This document shows, one piece after another, positions 1 to 9,890 of a stretch of DNA of 64,000 nt. The first letter of the stretch is position 1, and each line of letters starts with the position of its first letter. The notes beneath the pieces were generated by a model that saw nothing but the letters and a program-made list of their open reading frames with translations, was not told where the DNA came from and did not search any database. Both the position numbers and the translations under genes were made by a program. Where the stretch lies: the sequence record SRR33789315_82. One strand, given 5' to 3'.

Positions 1-129
1 TCACCTTTTCTTATATCGAACTCACGTTAAATATCACCTCGATGTGACATTTACAAATTTGGGATCATATTTATTATCTGGTTTGGTTTGACTTTCGAAA
101 ATTAAAATGTTTAATTAAAAACCAAAGTC

Positions 130-228
130 ATGTGTACTTCAAAGACCTATTCAACCCGATTCTGGGTTAACCAAAAAAAAAGCAGTGATAATTCTGCCAA
201 AGCAAAAGAAATTAGATCGACTTTTTAG
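130..228 (+). pseudogene. Remnant of a Bacteroidota arm-type tyrosine integrase N-terminus (32 codons, internally deleted)
   Basis: Manual translation MCTSKTYSTRFWVNQKKSSDNSAKAKEIRSTF* resembles the 'MRTSxTFSIxFW' start and the 'SAKAKEIN' segment of flavobacterial island integrases; no long ORF follows. Confidence 0.45.
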
Positions 229-516
229 CGAGGAGCAACCACAGAAAAAACTTAATACTCGAAAAACACAGCCGATCATTCGAGATCATAAGGGATGTTT
301 TTTTCTTTCATCCAGCTAATTTTCCTATAGGAATTGTTTCCATTGAACCATCCGCCCTTACGAAAATTACCAGTGAGAACCGACATTGTAAATTCCACTA
401 ATATCTATGGTAGCATATGAGTTCCTTATTAGGTACAGTTGTTTATATCTTTAAACTTTACTGTGCTTTGAGTTTAATTCATCACTATGTCAACAATTGA
501 GCTAGTATTAATTGTT

Positions 517-1854
517 CTATTTCGTTTCAATAACCAGTGTGCTTACATTCGCATCAGGTTGTAATTTATCTAGTAAAATAGCAATACTATTTTCATTCTG
601 TGTAAACTTTAATGATGAGCCATTCATTTGTTTGCATGAAATAATCTTCCTTTCTAAAGGTGGTAATTTTAGTGTATCAATAGCGGTAAGAAGATGGACA
701 TATATAAAATTATCTTTTTGAACTGAACCATATATATCATCTTTAGGCTCAAACGGCCCTGGTCGGGTAGCATAAATACTTTCACCATATTTTTGTAACC
801 AATCCCCAACTTCTTTAAGCCGGAAAATATGCGTTTCGGGGATTACGCCTTCTGCATCAGGACCAACATTAAGCAGCATATTGCCACCACGGTCTACTGT
901 ATTAACAAGCATTGTTAAAATATCTTTTAAAGACATCAGATTTTGTTTGGGATTATACCCCCAACTGGCTTGGTTAAGGTTTAAACATTTTTCCCAAGGT
1001 GTATTGATGATAGGCCCCAGTATTTTTCCATTTCCTTCATTACATTGAAAATCGCCTTCCCATCCGGATCGTGGACTAATTACTACATTGGGCTGGTAGC
1101 TGCGAACCATTTTGTTTAATTTAACAGGTTCCCAAAGCCAAGCCGCGTCCGCATCTTTACCATTATGAGCAAGCCATCCTCCATCATACCAAAGAATATC
1201 GATTTTCCCATAATTTTTCATTAATTCTTCAACTTGGCCATAGGCTTGCTTTTTCATCAATTCGGCGTTTTCAATTAGTCCCTTTGGTTTGAAATAACCG
1301 GGGAAACGCCAATCCATTGGGGAATAATAAATACCAACCCCGAGACCGGCTTTTCGGCAAGCATCGGTATATTCTTTCACAAAATCTCGATGAGCGGCCG
1401 TTTCAAAACTAGTAAAATGAGAATAGCTCGAAGGACTGTTCCAAAGAGCAAAACCATCATGGTGGCGTGCCGTTAATACCATATATTTCATGCCAGCATC
1501 CTTAGCGACCTTTGCCCAAATATTTGCATCAAAGTGCTGCGGATTAAATTTATTGGCAAGTTTAGCGTATTCTTCTGCCGGAATTTTATTATTAAACATA
1601 GCCCATTCACCTTTTCCTTCAATGGAGTATAATCCCCAATGAATAAACAACCCAAATTTGGCATCCTGCCACCATTTCATTTGCTCGACTGAAAGTCTTA
1701 ATTCAGGAGCTATTATACCGTTATCTCCTTTAATTCCACCATACTTCTCCATTGATTTTAATTCGTCACCTTTTAAATCTTGCGCATTGAGCTTACTTAC
1801 AGATATAAGGGTTATAAAACTTATGAAGGCGAGTAAAAATTTATTTTTATTCAT
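517..1854 (-). CDS. GH29 alpha-L-fucosidase, signal peptide
   Basis: WWQDAKFGLFIHWGLYS, HHDGFALW, ILWYDGGW nucleophile region, GGNMLLNVGP. Confidence 0.93.
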   Translation of the reverse strand: MNKNKFLLAFISFITLISVSKLNAQDLKGDELKSMEKYGGIKGDNGIIAPELRLSVEQMKWWQDAKFGLFIHWGLYSIEGKGEWAMFNNKIPAEEYAKLANKFNPQHFDANIWAKVAKDAGMKYMVLTARHHDGFALWNSPSSYSHFTSFETAAHRDFVKEYTDACRKAGLGVGIYYSPMDWRFPGYFKPKGLIENAELMKKQAYGQVEELMKNYGKIDILWYDGGWLAHNGKDADAAWLWEPVKLNKMVRSYQPNVVISPRSGWEGDFQCNEGNGKILGPIINTPWEKCLNLNQASWGYNPKQNLMSLKDILTMLVNTVDRGGNMLLNVGPDAEGVIPETHIFRLKEVGDWLQKYGESIYATRPGPFEPKDDIYGSVQKDNFIYVHLLTAIDTLKLPPLERKIISCKQMNGSSLKFTQNENSIAILLDKLQPDANVSTLVIETK

Positions 1855-2020
1855 ATTTTATTTTTTAATAATTCATTGTTAAACAGCATTTAATAATACA
1901 ATCCTTATCTCTAAAATGGTTCATTCAAAGTTCTTGCTCAACAAAGTGTTAGATTGGTTTAATTTCTTTTCAAAAAACATCTGATTTTTTGAAAGTTTTT
2001 CAGAAGGAAAAACTTATTTA

Positions 2021-2848
2021 TTATTGCAACCTATAGAATTCCATTGCATTTTTTCCAAAAATTTTATCATAAACTATTTCACCCTTTTGAGAGAAATACT
2101 CTTTAATAAAGTGGGAAGTATCTTCATACTTACCAGCACAAAGACATACTGGCCAGTCTGAACCGTACATAAGCTTATCCTCTCCAAAAGCATTTGACAC
2201 GATTTCTATAAAAGGGACAAAATTATCAGGTTTCCATTTAAAATTCTCCGTTTCTGTAAGTAAACCTGAGATTTTACAATAAACATTTCCCATGCTTGCA
2301 AGATTCTGAATATTTTCAGTCCATTTGGGGCTTAAACCTTTAGAAACTTGAGGTTTTGCCATATGATCTAAAACAAATCTCTGATTTGGAAACTCTTTAA
2401 CAAGCTTTATTACCGCAGGTAATTGATGTTCCTGTATTAGAAGATCGTAAGTCAAATCAAATTCGCTTAATTTAGAAATACTGTTCCAGAAATTCTTGCT
2501 GGTTATATATTCGTTACTTCTGGTCTGAAGTATAGAACGAATTCCTTTGAATAGAGGGTTTTTCGTGAAGTGAGATAATCGCTCTTGTGAACTATCTGCA
2601 ATGAGATTTATCCATCCAACAACTCCTTTAATAAAGGAATTGCGACCAGCTAGATTTAATAAAAATTCTGATTCATCTTCTGATTCATTTGCTTGAATTG
2701 CTACACAACCATCAAAATGGTTTCGATTGAGCACAGGTTTCAGATCCGTCGGAAGGAAATCTTTCCGGATTGCCATCATAGAATCATTTATCCAATTTTC
2801 CCGTTGCGGGTTGTAATACCAAAAATGTTGATGACTGTCTATCTTCAT
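2021..2848 (-). CDS. Amidohydrolase-2 family, L-fucono-1,5-lactonase-like
   Basis: IDSHQHFW, LDHMAKP, CKISGL, YGSDWPV motifs; fucose catabolic context. Confidence 0.85.
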   Translation of the reverse strand: MKIDSHQHFWYYNPQRENWINDSMMAIRKDFLPTDLKPVLNRNHFDGCVAIQANESEDESEFLLNLAGRNSFIKGVVGWINLIADSSQERLSHFTKNPLFKGIRSILQTRSNEYITSKNFWNSISKLSEFDLTYDLLIQEHQLPAVIKLVKEFPNQRFVLDHMAKPQVSKGLSPKWTENIQNLASMGNVYCKISGLLTETENFKWKPDNFVPFIEIVSNAFGEDKLMYGSDWPVCLCAGKYEDTSHFIKEYFSQKGEIVYDKIFGKNAMEFYRLQ

Positions 2849-3706
2849 CTATTCAAAATAAGCCTTAGCTAATTGTTTTGAGGAACCCAGTCCCTGTATT
2901 CCTAATTCTACAACATCACCGGGGCTTAAATAGCGCTGTGGTGAAAAACCCATTCCTACACCTGAAGGGGTTCCAGTAGAAATTACATCACCTGGCAAAA
3001 GACTCATGAATTGGCTCAAATAACTTACAATCTTAGGTATACCGAATACTAAATCATTGGTGTTACTATTTTGCATTATCTCCCCATTCAATTTTAGCCA
3101 TAGATCTAAATTATGAGGGTCTGGAATCTCATCTTTGGTTGCTAGGAAAGGACCTAGAGGAGCAAAACTGTCACAACTTTTCCCCTTTACCCATTGACCT
3201 GAGCGTTCAATTTGATATTCCCTCTCACTGTAATCATTATGAAGCACATAACCGGCCACATAATCCATCGCTTCTTTTTCATCAACATAAGATGCTTTTT
3301 TTCCTATAACAATCGCTAGTTCTACTTCCCAATCAGTTTTTTTACTGTTTTTGGGAATAATTAAATCATCATTTGGTCCTACTATAGCACTAGTAGATTT
3401 AAAAAAAATTACTGGTTCCTGAGGAAGATCCATTCCACTCTCGGCAGCATGCTTAGCATAATTGAGCCCTATACAAATGAGTTTTGATGGTCTAGAAAAT
3501 GGGGATCCCAACCTAGTATTATCTGGGATGACAGGACATTTATCCTGATGATCTACGAGCCAGTTCTTTAATTTTTCAATTTCGTTGTCAGCAAAGAAAT
3601 CTTCCGTATAGTTCCAACCAAATTCTGAAATATTAATTTTTGTTCCATTATCAAGCAGAATACCAGATTTCTCCATTCCTTTGTCACCAAATCTAATTAA
3701 TTTCAT
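2849..3706 (-). CDS. Fumarylacetoacetate hydrolase family, 2,4-diketo-3-deoxy-L-fuconate hydrolase-like
   Basis: CIGLNYAKH, DWEVELA, NDYSER, KGKSCD, GDVISTGTP. Confidence 0.88.
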   Translation of the reverse strand: MKLIRFGDKGMEKSGILLDNGTKINISEFGWNYTEDFFADNEIEKLKNWLVDHQDKCPVIPDNTRLGSPFSRPSKLICIGLNYAKHAAESGMDLPQEPVIFFKSTSAIVGPNDDLIIPKNSKKTDWEVELAIVIGKKASYVDEKEAMDYVAGYVLHNDYSEREYQIERSGQWVKGKSCDSFAPLGPFLATKDEIPDPHNLDLWLKLNGEIMQNSNTNDLVFGIPKIVSYLSQFMSLLPGDVISTGTPSGVGMGFSPQRYLSPGDVVELGIQGLGSSKQLAKAYFE

Positions 3707-3720
3707 TCCAATATAAAGTT

Positions 3721-4500
3721 TTATCCATTAAGTTTTATATATCCACCATCTATAGGAAAGTTGGTCCCTGTTATAAAAGAAGCTTCATCTGAGCATAAAA
3801 ATAGGGCAAGGTTGGCAACTTCTTCGGTTTTTCCCATCCTTCCAATGGGCTGTGTTTTTGAAAGTTTTTCAAACATTTCTGATTCTTGACCAGGAAAATT
3901 TTTAGCTATAAATCCATCCACAAATGGTGTATGAATCCGAGCAGGAGAAATACAGTTACAACGAATACCAAACTTTAAGTAATCCTTTGCTACTGAATAA
4001 GTCATTGTTAGGGTTGCTCCTTTAGACATAGAATAAGCAAATCTATCCGTAATTCCTACTACGGAAGCTATACTAGCCATATTTACAATACAGCCTTTAT
4101 TTTGTCGTTTCATGTAAGGCACTACGGCATACAGGCAGTTATAGACACCTTTGATATTAATTTGGTAAACCTTGTCCATGTCTTCTTCATTTGTGTCTTC
4201 AACGTTTCCCACGTGGGCAATCCCTGCATTGTTAACAAGCAGGTCTATAGTACTATTTTCGCCTAATTGTTTAACAATACTCTTTACTTGTTCTTGATTG
4301 GAGACATCACATTCATAAAGTTTAGCATTGCCATTACTTTTTAGAATTTCATCCAAGGTTTCTTCTCCCTTTTCTTTATTGAATTCCAAGATATGTACAT
4401 TTGCACCTTGGAATGCAAATTTTTGGGAAATAGCCTTTCCAATTCCGCTTGCTCCTCCTGTAACTATTGCTGTTTTACCTTTAAGGCTAAATATGGGCAT
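3721..4500 (-). CDS. SDR oxidoreductase, 2-keto-3-deoxy-L-fuconate dehydrogenase-like
   Basis: TGGASGIG, NNAG, RFAYSMSKGA (YxxxK); adjacent to FAH and lactonase. Confidence 0.8.
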   Translation of the reverse strand: MPIFSLKGKTAIVTGGASGIGKAISQKFAFQGANVHILEFNKEKGEETLDEILKSNGNAKLYECDVSNQEQVKSIVKQLGENSTIDLLVNNAGIAHVGNVEDTNEEDMDKVYQINIKGVYNCLYAVVPYMKRQNKGCIVNMASIASVVGITDRFAYSMSKGATLTMTYSVAKDYLKFGIRCNCISPARIHTPFVDGFIAKNFPGQESEMFEKLSKTQPIGRMGKTEEVANLALFLCSDEASFITGTNFPIDGGYIKLNG

Positions 4501-4547
4501 AATGTTTTTAAATTTTAATGTAAGGTCATATTTACTTAATTATTGTT

Positions 4548-6164
4548 TTAAAGGGAGACTCCGCGCTTCCAGGGAATAAAATCATCTTGACCCAAATCAC
4601 TGGCACGGGTTTGCTTTCTGCCACTTGCTGTTTCAATGATTAATTGGATTAATTCTTCAGAAAGTTGTTCTAACGAAGCCCCTTCTGAAATTATCCTGCC
4701 TGCATCAAAATCTATAATATCATTCATATTTTTAGGAAGCATAGAATTTGATGAAATTTTAATTACTGGGCATATAGGATTTCCTGTTGGCGTTCCCAAA
4801 CCTGTGGAAAATAGAATTAAATTCGCACCCGAGGCCACTAAACCTGTGGTGGATTCTACATCATTACCAGGGGTACAAAGTAAGTTTAAGCCAGATTTGG
4901 TTGCGTACTCCGCATAATCCAGAACGTCTGATATTGCACCTCTGCCACCTTTGGTAGCTGCACCAGCCGATTTAATAGCGTCAGTAATAAGCCCATCTTT
5001 TATGTTCCCCGGTGATGGATTCATGTCAAAACCCGATCCTACTGCCTTTGCTCTGGAGTTATAGTCTTCCATTAAATTTATGAATCTCCCGGCAATCTCT
5101 TTTGATTCACACCTGTCAATCAAATCCTGCTCCACACCACATAATTCCGGAAACTCTGACAATATGCTTTTCCCCCCAAGTGTTCCTATTTTATCAGCTA
5201 CCAACCCTATGAGCGGATTTGCAGTAATTCCTGAAAATCCGTCTGACCCTCCACATTCCAAACCAATGCTTAATTTACTGAGGGAAGCAGGTTGCCTTAT
5301 AAGTTGGTTGGCTCTTTCTAGCTCTTGAAAAGTAGAACTAACAATTTGGGAAAGCATTTCCTTTTCTGAGTTAAATTGCTGCTGTTCAAAATACAATATT
5401 GGCTTGTCACATCTGTATTTATCAACCAGTGCTTCTTGAAGCATGCTCATTTGCGCATGCTGGCATCCCAAACTTAATACGGTTGCTCCAGCAACATTTG
5501 GGTTTTTTATGTATCCGGCCAATAAATTCACCAGAGCACGGGCGTCATCTCGTGTTCCTCCACAGCCACCTTCGTGGCTAAGAAACTTTATTCCGTCTAT
5601 ATTTTCGAAGGTTCTATGGAAGCTAGCTAAAGTTTCTTCTGTCAACTCAGTTTGAATCTCTCCTCTTATTAACCCCCTGATTTGTAGTTTATAAGGGTTT
5701 TCTTGTCTAAAACCTAGTTCAGTTTCAAAAGCTTCCTTTAGAACTTGAAGATTTCTGTTCTGACAAAACACCATTGGAATAAATAACCAATAGTTACCAC
5801 TACCTACTTGGCCGTCTGCCCGATAATAACCATCAAACATCTTATTTTTAAGATGAGAAATATTTGGAGCCTCATAGTCATATGTTTTACCCGTGTATTT
5901 ATAACTTGCAGCTGCATGTTTTACGTTATAGGTAGATATTAGTCCCCCTGATATTATTGGATGAACGACTTCTCCAACAGGAACTCCATACATAACAAGA
6001 GTATCTCCCTCCTTAAAGTTCTGTAAAGCCAATTTATGTTTTGCCGGTATCTTTTCTGTTATAAGAAACTCCTCTCCTCTAATTTTTAAGCGTTGTCCTT
6101 GCTCCAAATCTTTCAAGGATACAGCTATATTATCCTTTGGAGTAATTATAATTGTTTCTTTCAT
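4548..6164 (-). CDS. uxaA: UxaA/GarD-family sugar-acid dehydratase with N-terminal SAF domain
   Basis: DNIAVSL..HKLAL SAF domain, HEGGCGG, LECGGSDGFSG, NPSPGNIKDGL. Confidence 0.85.
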   Translation of the reverse strand: MKETIIITPKDNIAVSLKDLEQGQRLKIRGEEFLITEKIPAKHKLALQNFKEGDTLVMYGVPVGEVVHPIISGGLISTYNVKHAAASYKYTGKTYDYEAPNISHLKNKMFDGYYRADGQVGSGNYWLFIPMVFCQNRNLQVLKEAFETELGFRQENPYKLQIRGLIRGEIQTELTEETLASFHRTFENIDGIKFLSHEGGCGGTRDDARALVNLLAGYIKNPNVAGATVLSLGCQHAQMSMLQEALVDKYRCDKPILYFEQQQFNSEKEMLSQIVSSTFQELERANQLIRQPASLSKLSIGLECGGSDGFSGITANPLIGLVADKIGTLGGKSILSEFPELCGVEQDLIDRCESKEIAGRFINLMEDYNSRAKAVGSGFDMNPSPGNIKDGLITDAIKSAGAATKGGRGAISDVLDYAEYATKSGLNLLCTPGNDVESTTGLVASGANLILFSTGLGTPTGNPICPVIKISSNSMLPKNMNDIIDFDAGRIISEGASLEQLSEELIQLIIETASGRKQTRASDLGQDDFIPWKRGVSL

Positions 6165-6316
6165 TCGAACTTTTAAAGAATTAGCTTAATGTTAACAATT
6201 TACTTTTTTCTTCGTTCATTCAATAAGACAATATTTGCCTTTGTTTGAACAATAATTGCTTAACCTTAAGTCTCCTTTTCTATTAAAATTTAATTCAAAT
6301 TTTAATAGAAAAAATC

Positions 6317-7645
6317 CTAAATTCTTTCTATTGACTCATGAATTTTAAATGCTCTATATCCAAAAACGGCTATTACAATAAAGCATATAAGAGGTAGAAT
6401 GAAGGAGAAATTAACTTCTGGTACCCCAAAAATAAGAACGTCTTTATAACCACCACCACCTATATCTAGAATTTTGCCTTGAAAAACAGGCAGTATAGCT
6501 CCTCCGACAATGGCCATCACCAAAAAAGCCGCACCAAATTTTGCATCTTCCCCTAAACCTTCAAGAGCAATTCCATAAATGGTGGGAAACATTAAAGACA
6601 TGCTAAAAGAAACCAATACAAGACTATATAACCCAACTATGGTTTGAATGAATATTGCTCCTAAAACTAAAGTTATCCCGACTAATGAAAAGTTCAACAA
6701 TAGTTTTCCTGACTCCAGATATTTAAGAAGAAATGTACAAATCCATCTTCCCAATAAAAACAATCCCAAAGCAGCATAGGCATAATAAACAGTATTTTCA
6801 TTGCTTATTCCCAAAGCTTCAGCATATTGATAAATATATGTCCAACACATTATTTGTGCACCTACATAAAACATTTGCGCTATCACTCCTTCTACAAATT
6901 TTTTACTTTTCCATAGTCGTTTTAATGAGGATCCTAAATCCGACTCATTTTTGTTTTTACTCTTAGGCATTTTCACAAAAGCAATCATTATTAAAAGAAC
7001 AATAACCAATATCCCAAGAACCACGTAAGGATTTCGAATTATCATTAGGTCTTCAGAACGCACTTTCATTTTGGCAGATTGGGATAACTTGTAAAATATT
7101 AAATTCCCTTTTTCATCAATATCATCGGATTGCAAACTCTTCAAAATAAACTCTTTTGCTATAAATAATCCACCTAAAGCTCCTAATGGATTAAAAGCCT
7201 GTGCAAGGTTTAATCGCCTCGTTGCAGTTTCCTCTGATCCCATTGACATTATATATGGATTAGCCGTGGTTTCAAGAAAAGCCAATCCGAAAGTTAAAAT
7301 GTAGAGGGCTAAAAGGAAATAACTAAACTCTGCATAAGCTGCGGCAGGATAAAAAAGTAAAGCCCCTAGTCCATAAAGAGCTAAACCTACTAGAATTCCT
7401 TGCTTATAAGAGAACCTTCTTATGAATAGCGCTGCAGGCAAAGCCATTGTGAAGTATCCTCCGTAAAAAGCCATTTGAACAAGAGAGGCTTGGAAATTAT
7501 TTAATTCAAGCACTTTTTTGAAAGCTGAAACCATGGGATTAGTAATATCATTTGCGAAACCCCAAAGTGCAAACAAGAAGGTAATAAGTATGAAGGGAAC
7601 TAACATTTTTTTAGGCACTATGGGGTATGTATTTTTTCTGACCAT
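6317..7645 (-). CDS. fucP: L-fucose:H+ symporter (MFS)
   Basis: LFALWGFAND, LETTANPY, RRLNLAQAFNPLG, multiple hydrophobic segments. Confidence 0.9.
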   Translation of the reverse strand: MVRKNTYPIVPKKMLVPFILITFLFALWGFANDITNPMVSAFKKVLELNNFQASLVQMAFYGGYFTMALPAALFIRRFSYKQGILVGLALYGLGALLFYPAAAYAEFSYFLLALYILTFGLAFLETTANPYIMSMGSEETATRRLNLAQAFNPLGALGGLFIAKEFILKSLQSDDIDEKGNLIFYKLSQSAKMKVRSEDLMIIRNPYVVLGILVIVLLIMIAFVKMPKSKNKNESDLGSSLKRLWKSKKFVEGVIAQMFYVGAQIMCWTYIYQYAEALGISNENTVYYAYAALGLFLLGRWICTFLLKYLESGKLLLNFSLVGITLVLGAIFIQTIVGLYSLVLVSFSMSLMFPTIYGIALEGLGEDAKFGAAFLVMAIVGGAILPVFQGKILDIGGGGYKDVLIFGVPEVNFSFILPLICFIVIAVFGYRAFKIHESIERI

Positions 7646-7652
7646 AATAATT

Positions 7653-8444
7653 TTAATGATTTAGCAATGATCGATCTAAATGTACATAACCGCCGTCACA
7701 AAAAACAAACTGACCTGTTGTATGGGAAGATCTTTCTGAAATTAAAAAAAGAGCTGTGTCAGTAATTTCTTTGGGAGTAGTCATTCTTTTTCCAAGCGGA
7801 ATTTTTTCAAGGATTTTATTATATTTCTCTTCACCATCCTCCAAAGTATTAAGCCATTCTTTATAGGCAGGGGTAAGAGATTCACTTATAATTAATGCAT
7901 TAACTCGTACTTGATATTTCAGTAAATCAACGGCCCACTCCCTTGTTAGCGCGAGAACACCACCCTTAGACGCAGCGTAACCTGAGGTACCTCCTTGACC
8001 AGTAAGAGCTACTTTTGATCCAATATTGAGTATAACCCCCTTTGACTCTTTTAGCATTTTTACCGCATGTTTAGTAATCATGAAATAACTTATTAGGTTC
8101 AAGTGCAAGGAGGATAAAAAATCATCATAACTACCGTCTAAACCCACACCATCATTTACCCCTACGTTATTAATAAGAATATCTATTCTGCCAAAATGAT
8201 TGATGATTGTATTCATAGAGTCTTCTACCTGTTTAGGTTTAGTTATATCTGCTTTGACAAAAAAACATTCATTTCCATTCTGGCTAAGTTCTTCTGCATA
8301 GTCGAAACCTCTATTATTTCTATCTATAACAGCAGTTTTGGCACCTTCTTTGGAAAGTTCAAAAAGAATAGTTGCTCCAATGCTGCCTTTTTTGCCGGCG
8401 GCACCGGTTATAACCACAATTTTTCCTTTTAAATTTAAATCCAT
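7653..8444 (-). CDS. SDR oxidoreductase, L-fucose dehydrogenase-like
   Basis: NNVGVNDGVGL, SKVALTGQGGTSGYAASKG, LTREWA, DGGYVHLDR. Confidence 0.82.
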   Translation of the reverse strand: MDLNLKGKIVVITGAAGKKGSIGATILFELSKEGAKTAVIDRNNRGFDYAEELSQNGNECFFVKADITKPKQVEDSMNTIINHFGRIDILINNVGVNDGVGLDGSYDDFLSSLHLNLISYFMITKHAVKMLKESKGVILNIGSKVALTGQGGTSGYAASKGGVLALTREWAVDLLKYQVRVNALIISESLTPAYKEWLNTLEDGEEKYNKILEKIPLGKRMTTPKEITDTALFLISERSSHTTGQFVFCDGGYVHLDRSLLNH

Positions 8445-8699
8445 TTTATTTTATATTTTGTTCCAAAGATTACAGTTCATTCGATCCGATATTATTAATT
8501 CGACTCGGTAGACATTATAATTATTTGTGCAATTCCTCTAAAAGCAAATCAGTATACTGCTTATCTCATTTCAAGTTTCCATTACAAAAGAGTATAGAAA
8601 ATTCCTTGATCTAAATAGAAGTACATTTGAAAATATTGGGATTTCTTAATTTCATTATTTTAGATTCTAAGGAATCAATTATTTAGTTTAGCTCTTTTC

Positions 8700-9719
8700 T
8701 CAGAACAAATTAAAATTAATAATCGCTTTGATCATTCCAGGATCATTAGCGGTCCAGCTTTTAAATTTTTGAATCATTTGATTTGCTGTCACACGGTGTG
8801 TGATGTAAGAATCGGTTGGAAAACATCCTTTTCCTAAAAGTTCAATAATATTATTAAAGTCTTCAATTAAAGCATTTCGACTACATAGAAGAGTTATTTC
8901 TTTTGCATGTATTTCAGGATGATTGAAAATTATTTCTCCCTTTGAAAGTCCTACCAAAATAAATTTCCCTCCATGTGCCATATAATTTATTCCCGATTCT
9001 AGAGCTTTTTTATTGCCTGTGGCATCAAAAACATGATTTGCCAAATCACCTTTTGTAATATTTTCAATCTCCTTCTGTGCATTACTCCCAGCCTTTACAA
9101 TTTCATTAACGTTCATTTCGTTTTTCACATACATCAATCTTTTTTCGTTAATATCTATAGCAATGACTTTGGCTTTTTGTAACTGAGCAAGTTTAATAAT
9201 TCCGATACCAATAGGCCCGCACCCGATAACTACTACAGTATCACCCTCTTTCACATTTGCTCTGTTGATTGCGTGGGCTCCTATGGCCAAAGGTTCCACA
9301 ATAGCCATTTCTTCATCGGACAAATGTGGTGTAGACAACAAAACACCTTCAGGAAGAACTACTTTTTCCTGCATTCCTCCGTCTATATGAACTCCAAAAA
9401 CCTTTATTTTTTGGCAACAATTGGGTTTACCATTCATACAGGCTATACAATTGCCACAATTGAGATACGGCATGATCACTACCTTATCTTTAGTTTTAAA
9501 TTTACTTTCATCATCTGCCTCCAATACTTCAGCAGCTAATTCATGGCCAAGGATTCTTGGATATTTGAAAAATGGCTGGTCACCCGAATAAGCATGAAAA
9601 TCTGTTCCACAAATACCAACCTTGTTGATTTTTAATAGGACTTCTCCTCTTTTTCTAAACGGAACCTCTTTTACTTTCATTAATAATGTTCCTGGATTTT
9701 CGCAAACGATGTATTTCAT
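8700..9719 (-). CDS. Zinc-binding dehydrogenase, L-galactonate 5-dehydrogenase-like
   Basis: GICGTDFHAY, GHE, CGNCIAC..NCC structural zinc site, GCGPIG, HAKEITLLCSRNA. Confidence 0.8.
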   Translation of the reverse strand: MKYIVCENPGTLLMKVKEVPFRKRGEVLLKINKVGICGTDFHAYSGDQPFFKYPRILGHELAAEVLEADDESKFKTKDKVVIMPYLNCGNCIACMNGKPNCCQKIKVFGVHIDGGMQEKVVLPEGVLLSTPHLSDEEMAIVEPLAIGAHAINRANVKEGDTVVVIGCGPIGIGIIKLAQLQKAKVIAIDINEKRLMYVKNEMNVNEIVKAGSNAQKEIENITKGDLANHVFDATGNKKALESGINYMAHGGKFILVGLSKGEIIFNHPEIHAKEITLLCSRNALIEDFNNIIELLGKGCFPTDSYITHRVTANQMIQKFKSWTANDPGMIKAIINFNLF

Positions 9720-9890
9720 TATTCTTAAATTTTGAACTTATAACATTTATGAAAACCTGGATCAGAATTGAATGTCTTTCTCTTATTTTATTTGAACTAA
9801 TGCTTCAAATGATATTGCATCTAGAGTTATTGCAAAATGATACAGCCTTAAGAGGAGAATCAAATTTTCATTATTTCTGTTCCAATTTGC

